Source: Sedimentisphaerales bacterium (lineage in GTDB: Bacteria; Planctomycetota; Phycisphaerae; Sedimentisphaerales; Anaerobacaceae). From it: a stretch of 64,000 nucleotides of DNA. Below the pieces are notes generated by a model that was not told where the DNA came from, ran no database searches, and saw only the letters and a list, made by a program, of their open reading frames with translations. Below, piece by piece: positions 1-10,537 of this stretch. The DNA lies in contig OY970194.1 in assembly GCA_963708075.1 (NCBI GenBank), positions 6,688,001-6,752,000 on the forward strand, in the 5' to 3' direction. The stretch's first letter is position 1, and each line of letters starts with the position of its first letter. The translations under genes were made by a program, and so were the position numbers.

Positions 1-520
1 AAACATCAAGGCCGCGGCCGAGTACAAGTGGCCCAATGCCATCTGCATGGCCGGCGACCGCGCGGGCATCAGCGACGCCGAGGGCATGGACAACTGCCAG
101 GTGATTCTCAAGGAGGCGGTGAAGATCGCCGAGGACTCCGGCGTGACCCTCTGCATGGAGCTGCTCAACAGCAAGGTCAACCACGCCGGCTACATGTGCG
201 ACAAATCGGAATGGGGCTTCGAGCTGTGCCGCCGCGTGGGCTCGCCGCGATTCAAGCTGCTCTACGACATCTACCACATGCAGATCATGGAAGGCGACCT
301 GATCGCCACGATCAAGAAGAACATCCAGTACATCGGCCACTTCCACACCGCCGGCGTTCCCGGCCGCCACGAGCTCGACGAGAACCAGGAAATCTACTAC
401 CCCGCGGTGATGCGGGCGATTGTCGACAGCGGCTACCAGGGCTACGTCGCCCACGAGTACTCGCCCGTGCGCGACCCCATCGAGTCGCTCGTGCAGGCCG
501 TGAAGGCGTGCGACGTTTAG
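1..520 (+). CDS. Hydroxypyruvate isomerase / xylose-isomerase-like TIM barrel protein (5'-truncated by window edge)
   Basis: Motifs ELLNSKVNHAGY, KLLYDIYHMQIMEGD, GHFHTAGVPGRHE and GYVAHEY are typical of the Hyi/AP-endonuclease-2 fold; the frame is open from the window start. Confidence 0.85.
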   Translation, partial: NIKAAAEYKWPNAICMAGDRAGISDAEGMDNCQVILKEAVKIAEDSGVTLCMELLNSKVNHAGYMCDKSEWGFELCRRVGSPRFKLLYDIYHMQIMEGDLIATIKKNIQYIGHFHTAGVPGRHELDENQEIYYPAVMRAIVDSGYQGYVAHEYSPVRDPIESLVQAVKACDV

Positions 521-544
521 AGACAAGGCTCAAGTGTGAAGCAT

Positions 545-618
545 GTAGGGTGGGTTCTCAACCCACGCGTGAGTCGCGCGTCGATTCAACAGACGCGTGG
601 GTCAAGGACCCACCCTAC
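545..618. repeat. GTAG-type REP-like inverted pair (family A)
   Basis: GTAGGGTGGGTTCTCAACCCACGCG...CGCGTGGGTCAAGGACCCACCCTAC; a near-identical copy lies at 2122-2195. Confidence 0.85.
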
Positions 619-630
619 GAGGAGAATGCG

Positions 631-1950
631 ATGGCAACTCATTTGAACGATTACTCGCGAAGAGATTTCATGAAGACCTCGGCAACGGCTATGGCCTCTC
701 TGTCGGCCTTGCCTCTGGGCTTTTCGAGCAGGGCGTATGCCGGTGGGTCTGACCGGGTCCGGGTCGGCGTTATCGGCTTTGGCGGCCGGGGCTCCGGCGC
801 TGTGACGGATTGCCTCGCCGCGGACGACGGCGTCGAGATCGTGGCGATCGCCGATGCCTTCCAGGACCGCATCGATGGCAGTCTGTCGAAGGTCAAGGAG
901 TGGTGCGAGAAGAATGGCAAGCCCTTTGCCCAGAGGGTCAAAGCCGCGCCGGACACCACGTTCCTGGGATTTGACGGTTACAAGAAGCTGTTGGCGCTGA
1001 AAGACGTGGACCTCGTTCTGATCGCCACGTGCGCGAATTTCCATCCCGTGCATCTGGAGGCGGCGATCCAGGCGGGCAAGCATGCGTTCGTGGAGAAGCC
1101 CGCCGGCGTCGATCCGCCCGGCATGCGCAAGATCATCGAGGCCGGCGAACTGGCCAAACAGAAAAAGCTGGCGATTGTGGCCGGCACCCAGAGGCGGCAT
1201 CAGGCGAAGTATCGCCAGAACGCACACGCCGTCGCGCAAGGCGCGATCGGCCGGGTAACGGGTGGTCGCGTCTGGTGGTGTGGCGGGGGCAGCGCCAGAC
1301 CCATGCGGCGCGAGAGCGGCTGGAGCGACGCCGAGTACATGATCCGCAACTGGTACCGGTTCAGCCAGACCTCCGGCGACCACATTGTCGAGCAGCATGT
1401 CCACAATCTCGATGTCGTCAATTGGTTTATCGGCCGGCCGCCCGTGCTGGCCCTGGGCTTCGGTGGACGAGCCCGCCGACAGGGGGGAAACCAGTACGAC
1501 TTCTTCAGCGTCGATCTCGACTACGGCGAAGACGTGATCGTGCACAGCATGTGCCGCCAGGTCAACGGCTGCTTCACCCGCGTCAGCGAGCAGTTCATCG
1601 GCACCGAGGGCTCCGTCTGGGGCGATGGCAAACTCCAGGGCAAGCAGGTCCCCGTCCCCGAGTTCGAGGAGAAGGGCGGTCCCTACGTCCAGGAGCATCG
1701 CGACCTGATCCGGAGCATCCGCGCCGGCGAGCCGCTCAACGAGGCCCGGAACGTGGCGGAATCCACTCTGGTGGCGATCATGAGCCGGATTTCAGCATAC
1801 ACCGGCCAGGTTGTCCGGTGGTCGGACCTGACCAGCAACAGCAGTAGCCAGTGGTACAATCTCACGCTTACACCCACGGCCGGGGACTTCGAGAGCGGGA
1901 CGGTCACAGCCCCGCCGGAGAATGTGATCCCTCTGCCCGGCCAGGCGTGA
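631..1950 (+). CDS. Tat-exported Gfo/Idh/MocA family oxidoreductase
   Basis: GGAG RBS before ATG 631; twin-arginine SRRDFMK; Rossmann VGVIGFGGRG; EKP motif; GDHIVEQHVHNLD. Confidence 0.9.
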   Translation: MATHLNDYSRRDFMKTSATAMASLSALPLGFSSRAYAGGSDRVRVGVIGFGGRGSGAVTDCLAADDGVEIVAIADAFQDRIDGSLSKVKEWCEKNGKPFAQRVKAAPDTTFLGFDGYKKLLALKDVDLVLIATCANFHPVHLEAAIQAGKHAFVEKPAGVDPPGMRKIIEAGELAKQKKLAIVAGTQRRHQAKYRQNAHAVAQGAIGRVTGGRVWWCGGGSARPMRRESGWSDAEYMIRNWYRFSQTSGDHIVEQHVHNLDVVNWFIGRPPVLALGFGGRARRQGGNQYDFFSVDLDYGEDVIVHSMCRQVNGCFTRVSEQFIGTEGSVWGDGKLQGKQVPVPEFEEKGGPYVQEHRDLIRSIRAGEPLNEARNVAESTLVAIMSRISAYTGQVVRWSDLTSNSSSQWYNLTLTPTAGDFESGTVTAPPENVIPLPGQA

Positions 1951-2038
1951 GGGTCCGCGCCCAGACCGAAGGCTTAACCGATGACGAACGTCAAACCATC
2001 GGCTTGGTGAGTCTTGACGAACAACTTCCGAGATCCGC

Positions 2039-2116
2039 GGGTGCCATGCTTACGCTTGCGTAAGCATGCTCTGCTCATCTGATAGGCATGTCTACGCAAG
2101 CATAGACATGGCACCC
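2039..2116. repeat. GGGTGCCATG...CATGGCACCC palindromic repeat (family D)
   Basis: Terminal inverted repeat with two internal hairpins; related copies at 42807-42882 and 11504-11535 (half). Confidence 0.8.
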
Positions 2117-2121
2117 GGCGC

Positions 2122-2195
2122 GTAGGGTGGGTTCTCAACCCACGCGTCAAGAACGTTTCGCTTGAGTGACCGCGTGGGTCAAGGACCCACCCTAC
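2122..2195. repeat. GTAG-type REP-like inverted pair (family A)
   Basis: Arms match 545-618 with a different spacer. Confidence 0.85.
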
Positions 2196-2365
2196 GAGGA
2201 GCGGCCGAAGGCCATCTTCATTCTTCTGTAGCGCACCGACGGGCCGTGGATGGCTCCGCTTGATGATGCCAACCTGAGACCCAAATCCTGCTCTGCCACA
2301 ATCCTGTCGTGCAGCCGCCGGAGTCGCTCAACGCAAAATTTCGCAAAAAAATTGTCACGAGAGAC

Positions 2366-2394
2366 TTGACAAGCTTCTAACCGCTATCTACACT
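2366..2394 (+). promoter_or_regulatory. Sigma70-type promoter
   Basis: TTGACA-N17-TACACT upstream of the 2560/3422 gene pair. Confidence 0.55.
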
Positions 2395-2559
2395 CGCCTT
2401 TGATAGCAGTTTTGACAAATGGGGTGGATTCATTTAAGCCAGCGCAGTCTTCGGGAGTGAGGATCAGCACGAACATAAGGCAATGAGTGGTCGAACGGTT
2501 TTGTGACTTCGGCCCGTTGCCGCACTGCGCGGGGCTCCGTAATTTGGGAGGGGTAGAAC

Positions 2560-3419
2560 GTGGGGGGTGGCCAGGGAAGGCCGGTTTCCGTATTTGTCGG
2601 CGGCTTGCGCCGGCGGCAGATGGTGCTTCTTTTCGCCTGCTGGTTGATCGAAGCAGTCCTTTGCGCCCTGTTCCTGCGAGGGGACAGCCGGCTTGTCGTA
2701 CCGACAATCCAAGCGGTTCCCGCCTCGCTCACGCCGGCATTCGCCACGAATGGGACCGGCGCCTTTTCCGCTCACCGCCTCGATGCCGGCGCCGGCTACC
2801 AGCCTGCTTTCTCTCTCGGCTGGAAAAATCTGCGCGCGAAAACGGGCGTCTCGGAGTCTTCAAAACGCCTTTACACAAAGTCATCAGAATTGACGACCTC
2901 CAAATGGAGTTTTACGAGCATGGCCGGAGCGGAGCCGAAGCGGCAGCTCCCCACACGGCCCGCCGACAGGATCCATCTACGGACGATGGAGCCCCCGACA
3001 TCGAGGCCCGGTTTACCGAGGTGTTCGATGCCTTCCGGAACGAGTTCCGACCGGAAACCCGCGGCATGATCATGGACAGTCCCTTTCCCATGGACATGAG
3101 CAATGTCTCGAAGGTGATCATCCGCGGCTTGGACTATCGTGTCCTTCGCGGCGGTCAACTGGAGCTGGGCATCCGGTGCCGCAGCGCCATTGCCTCGGGC
3201 TCCGAGATCGAGCTGCGGGGCGGAGTATTGATCCAGGTGGAGGGCAGAAAGCTCTTGAGCAACTACGTTTTGTGGGACATGGAGAGGAGTCAGTTCTCCG
3301 TGCCGGGTACCTATATTCTGGATCGCAACGGTGTGCCGGTCCGAGGGGACGGCATTCGCTGCGATCATCATCTGCAACCTTTGGGGACGCCAAAGGTTTA
3401 CAGCAAGAAAGGAGCATAG
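2560..3419 (+). CDS. Hypothetical membrane-anchored protein (frameshift near 2840; start uncertain)
   Basis: Frame 2560 gives an N-terminal TM segment (RRRQMVLLFACWLIEAVLCALFL); the sequence continues in frame 2487 (ENGRLGVFKTPLHKV...) to a stop just before the next ATG. Confidence 0.5.
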
Positions 3420-3421
3420 AA

Positions 3422-6400
3422 ATGGACAGGAGGTTCATCATTCTAACGATTGCTGCCACGATGTGTGTCGGCCAGCTTGCTTGGCGCAGGGAACGGACCC
3501 GAACCAGTTTGACTACACACTTCCGGCCATCGAGCAGTTCGCCTCGACGGGAACGCTCGCCGGCATGACGCAGGCGTACCAGACGCTCAATGAAGGCGTC
3601 AACGACCCGAATGTGACCGGGGACAGGAGGCAGCTCATCCTGCTGCACGTGGCGGCGCGCGCCGGAATGCTTGTGTTCGACACGGACAACGTGGCCGTCG
3701 ACACCAGCCTCCTGGAGGTCGTGCAGCCCCTGGGCATCACGATCACGGGCAACAAGTTCTTCTCGGCGGATCCGAATGATCCGGCGTTGATCGAGCTTGT
3801 CCTGCCGCTCGATCCCGAGGACCCGAACTGCCTGGTGATCCCGCCGGGGGCCGATGTAGAGGCCGCCGCCGGCGCGATCAATACGGAGATTCTGCCTGAG
3901 CTCGACAGCATTCTCGCCGAGCTGAACCAGGTCACGAATTCGCCGGCGTTCGTCATGACTCTGCCGGCCGCCCAGACGGGCCTGGAGGCGGACATCGAGG
4001 TGGACTGGGGCGACGTGCTGGCGCTGAGGACGGCGTTGCTGTCGCTCAAGACCCTCCTGTACGCTCTGGCCAGCCCGCCGTACGATCTGCAGATCGACCT
4101 GACCAATCCGATCTTCACCGGCTGGGAGTGCCAGATCCTGCCGGAGACCACAACCATCAACACGATCCTCAACGCATATCCCAACCTGCTTGAGATTCTC
4201 CCCGGCATCGGGACTGCCAGGTTGGCACAGACAAAAACAGATCTTCTTGCCGCGCTCGACGCCGGGATCGCCGCGCTCGACAGTATTCTCGCCGAGACGG
4301 ACGATCAGTCGAACGATTTGCTGATGATGGAGGCCGAAGACAGACCTCAGAATATAGCGCTCAGGACGGAATTGGTGAAGTTCCGGAATTCCCTGGCCAG
4401 TGGCACGGCTGCCACGTACACATTTGGGTCCAGCCAGACGTTCAACCTCAACGAGGGTGCAGTTGTCATTGGCCAGCTTCGATTGGAGTTCGAGCCGTTC
4501 AGCCAGGAGGGCACCGGCTGGGTCTCCGTGCCGGAGACGGAAGGATCCCCCGCGTTCTGGGACATCGAACAGTTTTCCGTCGAGGGCACTACGATTCAGG
4601 GCGACATCAGTGGCAGTACCGGCATGGACTTCTTTACAGGCTCGTTTGACGGTACGATCTCGGCTGATGGAAGCCAAATCACCAATATGACCGTCCAATG
4701 GACGTCGCTCAGCAGCAGTGACACGATCACCGGCCTTTCGGCAATCCGGACACTCAACGAACCGGTCAACGTGCTGTTCAATCCCGGCCCGATTTTCGCC
4801 GGCACGATCAGCCCGAGAGACGCGCTGCCACAGTTTGACCCGAACGGCCAAGCGATTCCCGGCACCATGGGTCACGGCGTCAACAACGACGCTACGCTGG
4901 CCGGAGTCTTCCCCGGACTGACCCAGCAGGACTGGTTCCCGTTTGGTTTCGAGCTCTGGGGCGGCAACACGAACTTTATCGAGGATCCCAGGGCCGACTT
5001 CATTTTCAGGAACATCGACCAATTCGGGTACGTGAGACTGGGCCAGTCGAACGGAGGCAACCTGACCGGCTCGGGCAACTTCCAGTACTACGTGATTGTC
5101 GCCCGGGCGCGACCCTGGCGGACAGCGTCAGGGGCTCGACCGGCGACTTCTACAATGGATCGCTCTTCACAGGCACCGTGGAGAATCCGGAGAACATCCT
5201 CGGGGCTCCCGACAACCAGTTTGCCACGATAGGCGACACCGAGTTCCTCAACCTGGGCGGTGATTCCTTCTCTGGCTTTGTCGTGCTGACCAATCCGGGC
5301 GGTTGGACAAATGTGACGGTCATCACCGGCGGGGCCCAGACTCTCGTGACGGCCACCGTCACCCCCGGCGAGCTCGCCGCCAGCGGCACGGCCACCAGCA
5401 CCATCACGATCACCGTCCGGGATTCGTTCGGCAACGCGGTCGCGGGGATCGAGCCCAACCAGATTGTCGTTTCCACCACTCCCGCCGGCGCCACGATCGT
5501 TCAACCCACTACGGCCACGAATGCCGGCGGCCAGACGACGGCCCGAATCGCGAGCACTGAGGTCGGCACGCGGCGCATCAACGTGGAGCTGGACGGTGTG
5601 ATGTTCAGCGAGGCGGCCTCGGTCGTCTTCACGGCGGGCGCGGCTAATAAGCTCGTCTTCATCACACAGCCGGAAGGACCCTACGTCGCCGGCGAAGAGA
5701 TCACTCCGGCTCCCGTGGTCGCCGTAGAGGATGCACAGGGTAATATCATCACCACGAGCGCTGCAGCGGTCATTATGGCCATCGGAACCAATCCGGGCGG
5801 TGGCACACTCTCCGGAACGACGCAACACGCGGCGGTGGGCGGTGCAGCCACGTTCCCGGACCTGAGCATCAACAAGGCCGGTGCCGGTTATACCCTGCAG
5901 GCCACCTCACTGGGCCTGACGTCGGCGGTGAGCGAGCCATTCGATGTCACTGCCGACGTTTCTACCGCTCGCCTGGTCTTCACCACGCAGCCGGCGAATT
6001 CTGCTGCACTGGGGGCGCTGATCGGTCCTCCGGTGGTGACGATACAGGATGCGTTCGGCAATACCGTGACGACTCTCGATCCGCTGGTAACCCTGGCCAT
6101 CAAGGCAGGCACCGGGGCCGAGGGCGCCGACCTGATAGGCGATGACTCTGTGACCGCCACCGATGGCGTCGCCACGTTCAACAACGTGAGAATCACCGGG
6201 GCCGGAACCGGTTTTCAGTTGACGGCCACCGCCACGGACATCACTGGATCGGTGGATAGCCAGGCGTTCAATATCCTCATCCAGCCGGCGATGACGATCG
6301 AGAAGACCGATGATTCCGATCCCGTCGATCCGAATGATGAAGTGGAGTACACGATCACATATGGCAACGAAGGCCTCGCTGACGGCGCCAACGTCGTCAT

Positions 6401-8714
6401 TCGGGAGACACTGCCGGCCGGACTGGAGTTTGTCAGTGCCGGCGAAGATGGTGTCTTCAGCGCCGGGACGATCACGTGGAACGTAGGCACTGTCGCGGCC
6501 GACACAAGCGGCCTGACGGTGAGCTTCGTCGCCCGCGTCACCGACTCCGTGGCCGACGGCGGCGTAATCACCAATAGCAACCTCACCATTGCCGCTGCGG
6601 GCCTGCAACCCGTCGGACAGGTGACGCCGGAGACTACGACGGTGAATGATAGAAGGGCGCCGCAGGTTTCCGGACAGATTCCCGAGCCCAACTCCATCTC
6701 TGCCGCACGGGATACGATCATCCGGGTCCATGTGACGGACCCCGGCTCGGGTGTAGACAGTGAAAGTGTCCTGATCTTCGTCGAAGGGGATCTCATCTAT
6801 GACGGCTCGGCGGAGACATCAGACGGTGAATACGATACCACCGGTGACGAGCAAGCCGTTCGGGGCATCACTCGGCGGACCGGAGATCCCAATGATCTCA
6901 CCTTCACCTTCCTGCCCTCGACCCGGTTTGAATACGAGCAACAGGTGGACGTCACCGTCGAAGCGGCGGACTTGGAAGGCAACGGGAACACGGTGAGTTA
7001 CTCCTTCTTCACGCAGATGCGAACGTTTGGCGCCAACGTGAAGGTGAACAGCGATACAGGTGCGGCGATCCAGGACAATCCGGCCGTTGCCGTAGAGCCC
7101 AACGGGACGATCTGGGTGGTCTGGGATCAGCGAGCCACCTCGACCTCGGACGCAGACGTCTACATCGCCAGGTTGCCGGCCGACGGAAGTGCCTTTGAGC
7201 CGTCGGTCCTGATCTACAACAACAGCCTGAATCAGGCGAACCCTGCGATTGCGATTGATGCTGCCGGCAGGTTGTATGTGGCCTGGGAACAGTCAAGTGC
7301 CACAGATCCCAACCGCTTCATCATGCTGGCCACCTCAACCGACGGTGAAACCTGGGTCTCCGATCCGAACAACCCGCCGTTGAGGGTCGATCCCGCTCCG
7401 CCGGAGCCAAACACGGTGGTCGTGGCGCGCAACCCGTCCATGGCCGTGGCTGAAGGCGATCGGGTGTACATTGCCTGGGAGGAAACGAGGAACAGCGGCG
7501 ACAGTGATATCTGGCTGAGAAGCTTCCACGCGGTGGCTGGATTGGCGGCCGCCACGCAGATCACCACGGATACCGCCAATCAGACCGAGCCGGTCGTGGG
7601 GATAGATTCCAACGGCGTGGTGTACGTGGTCTGGACTGACGCGCGAAACGCCGGGACGACGGGGACGGATATCTTCATTGCACAATCCACCATTGGGCCG
7701 TGGACGAATACCCCGGTTGTCAATACGCCGGGCAATCAGAGCAGTCCCACGCTGGCGCTAGCCACACAGGTGCATATTGCCTGGGTCGACGCCAATGACC
7801 TGATGGAGACCTTCCTTGGGTCGGAGACGCCGGTAAGCATCCTCGATCCGTGTGAGCCGGGTGCTCTGCCGCAGTTGCCAGGCATGGCGGCGGTGGAGAC
7901 GGATGCTAACGACAGAGTATTTGTGACCTGGGTGGACAGCCGCGATGTAATCGGTGCCAATAATGACACGGATATCTACTTTGTCGAGGGCGCCTTGCGC
8001 TTCGGGACCAACATCCTCGTCAACGACGACACGGGGGCAAGCAGACAGACCAAGCCCGCGATCGGCGTGGACGCCGAGGGCGAGCCGTTCATCGTCTGGG
8101 TGGATAACAGGAACGGCAACGACGATATCTTCTTCGCCGGTGCCACCGCGATTCGTCCGCTGGGGGTCGTGGCGGAGCCCAACCGCGTGACGGTGCCTGA
8201 CGTGCCTGACCTGGAGGTGATCATTCCGCCCGGCGCTCTGCCGGAGGGGATTGATGCCAACGACATCACTATCGCGGAAGTCACGAATCCGCCGCAGCCT
8301 CCTTTGACCGCGTTTGGCGTGGCCTACGATTTCGGGCCGAGCGGTGTTGTGTTCGAGGAGCCGGTGACGCTCAGGATCCCGCTGCCCGATGATGCTCCGT
8401 TGTTCCCCATCTACTTCGTTTCCCGCTACGATGCGGGTACCGGGACTTGGACTCAGGAGGGGATTCATAACCCCGCCAGGAGAGTTGACGGGCCCGAGGG
8501 CTCGTTCCTGGAGGTCCAGGTCGATCACTTCACCCTGTTCATCGTGAGCGGTGGAGCGGTGTCCGACGACGACGGCGGTGGGTGCGCGCTGTCACCCTGG
8601 AGCAACGCGGGGCCGGTGGACTTTATTGTGCCGTTTGCCGCGCTCGCCCTGGTTCTGCTCATGTGCAGCATCGTGGGCGGATTGCGGCGTCGTTCCGGCG
8701 GGACACGGGAGTGA
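3422..8714 (+). CDS. ~1760-aa cell-surface protein: signal peptide, invasin/Big-like Ig domains, DUF11-like domain, beta-propeller-like region, C-terminal GGGC-TM-basic sorting tail (frameshifts near 3485 and 5100)
   Basis: AGGAG RBS; MDRRFIILTIAATMCVGQLAW signal; joins ORFs 3331..5232 and 5178..8714; TITVRDSFGNAV, EVEYTITYGNEG..ANVVIRETLPAGLEFVSA, YDFGPSGVVFEEPVTLRIP...VDHFT; ends DDGGGCALSPW...LVLLMCSIVGGLRRRS. Confidence 0.75.
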
Positions 8715-9023
8715 TGAGGTCTTGCGTGCAAGGTAACGCTATCAGCAAATTCAAGATGCGGACAGGTGTGTGGCGGATTGCCTTGGGCTCTGCTCGCGGG
8801 CAAAGCCACACATCTTTCCGCTGAAGGCATCACTTGTTCGGGCTGTGGCCTATGACCACGGCCCGAACCGTATTCGCGGGCACCCCACGCTCCGCAAGGA
8901 GTCCTCACGGAATCCCGTACCTCATCTGATGCAACGGATAACCCCGCGAAATGTGCACCGGTAGACTCAGCCCATCCCAACCACCATCCATCCTTCCTCT
9001 CCCCTCGAAATGCACACTAAGAA

Positions 9024-9094
9024 AGCGGGTGGCGGGAATCGGACCCGCGTAGCCAGCTTGGAAGGCTGGTGCTTTACCCCTAAGCTACACCCGC
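9024..9094 (-). tRNA. tRNA-Gly (anticodon TCC), CCA not encoded
   Basis: Reverse complement GCGGGTGTAGCTTAGGGGTAAAGCACCAGCCTTCCAAGCTGGCTACGCGGGTCCGATTCCCGCCACCCGCT folds as a cloverleaf with anticodon loop CTTCCAA. Confidence 0.92.
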
Positions 9095-9178
9095 ATTGAT
9101 TTTTCGTATTGAGAGCTTATAATTACCTCTTTCTACGGAAAGTCAGGTTAAATGGTGCAGGTGCAGATGTCAAGGAAA

Positions 9179-10462
9179 ATGAAAATCTCTGAGCGTGCGG
9201 CGGCGGCGAAGGCGGCGTCGATTCGGCTGGCGGCGGTCAAAACGGAAGTGAAAAACGACGCGTTGAACGAGATCGCCAAGGCCCTGCAGGAGCACTCTGC
9301 CGAGATTCTCCAGGCCAACCAGCAGGACCTGGACGCCGCCCGGCAAAGCAACCTCGCAGCCCCGCTGCTCAAGCGGCTGAAATTCGACGAAAGCAAGCTC
9401 GCCGACGTCTGTGCCGGCATCCACAGCCTCATCAAGCTGCCCGACCCCGTCGGCAAAACCCTCTCCGCCATCGAGCTCGACGAAGGCCTCGAGCTCTACC
9501 GCGTCTCCTGCCCGATCGGCGTCATCGGCGTGGTCTTCGAGTCCCGCCCGGACGCCCTCGTGCAAATCTCCACCCTGTGCCTCAAGAGCGGCAACGCCGT
9601 CCTGCTCAAAGGCGGCAGCGAGGCCGCCCACACCAACCGCATCCTCGCCGACACCATCGCCCTCGCCGGCCATGCCGCAGGCCTGCCCGAAGGCTGGATC
9701 CAGCTCCTCGAAACCCGCCAGGACGTCGCCGACATGCTCGCCCTCGACGACCAGATCGACCTGATCATCCCCCGCGGCTCCAACGAATTCGTCCGCCACA
9801 TCATGCACAGCACGAGCATCCCCGTCCTCGGCCACGCCGACGGCCTCTGCCACGTCTACATCCACGCCGACGCCGACCTCGACATGGCCGTCCGCATCAC
9901 CGTCGACTCCAAGTGCCAGTACGTCGCCGTCTGCAACGCCGCCGAGACCCTCCTCGTCGACGACAAAATCGCCGGCCTCTTCCTCCCCGCCGTCCAGAAG
10001 GCCCTCAGCGAGTGCCACTGCCGACTCAAAGGCGACGACCGCACCCGCGCCATCATCGACGTCGAGCCCGCCACGGAGGAAGACTGGTCCACCGAGTACC
10101 TGGACTACACCCTCTCGATCAAGGTCGTGGATGGCCTCGACGCCGCCATCGACCACATCAATCGTTACGGCTCGCGACACACCGACTCCATCGTCACCGC
10201 CTCGCGCGAGACGGCCGAGCGCTTCATGAACCTCGTCGATTCCGCCGACGTCTTCTGGAACTGCTCCACCCGTTTCAGCGACGGCTACCGCTACGGCTTA
10301 GGCGCCGAAGTTGGCATCAGCACCAACAAAATCCACGCCCGAGGCCCCGTAGGCCTCGACGGCCTCCTGATCTACAAATGGAAGCTCTACGGAAAGGGTC
10401 AGATAGTCGCGGATTATACGGGTCCTAATGCGCGTAAGTTTACGCACAAAAAGCTACGTTAG
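9179..10462 (+). CDS. proA: Gamma-glutamyl phosphate reductase (glutamate-5-semialdehyde dehydrogenase)
   Basis: PIGVIGVVFESRPD, KSGNAVLLKGGSEA, CNAAETLLV, HINRYGSRHTDSI, GAEVGISTNKIHARGPVGL. Alternative start at 9152. Confidence 0.96.
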   Translation: MKISERAAAAKAASIRLAAVKTEVKNDALNEIAKALQEHSAEILQANQQDLDAARQSNLAAPLLKRLKFDESKLADVCAGIHSLIKLPDPVGKTLSAIELDEGLELYRVSCPIGVIGVVFESRPDALVQISTLCLKSGNAVLLKGGSEAAHTNRILADTIALAGHAAGLPEGWIQLLETRQDVADMLALDDQIDLIIPRGSNEFVRHIMHSTSIPVLGHADGLCHVYIHADADLDMAVRITVDSKCQYVAVCNAAETLLVDDKIAGLFLPAVQKALSECHCRLKGDDRTRAIIDVEPATEEDWSTEYLDYTLSIKVVDGLDAAIDHINRYGSRHTDSIVTASRETAERFMNLVDSADVFWNCSTRFSDGYRYGLGAEVGISTNKIHARGPVGLDGLLIYKWKLYGKGQIVADYTGPNARKFTHKKLR

Positions 10463-10537
10463 CGGCGCTTCGGTGATAAGTCTTGGGTACTTCTGTCACC
10501 CTATAGATGGGCGGTATAGGTCGGTAGGAATTGCACG

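Noticed and set aside
28..630. 640-aa ORF 28..1950 as a single protein
   Set aside because: The first 201 codons are an off-frame read of the upstream gene plus a REP. The real start is ATG 631, with an RBS and a Tat signal.
9024..9094. tRNA-Gly as an integration site of a prophage or ICE
   Set aside because: No integrase and no duplicated tRNA 3' end were found in the window.
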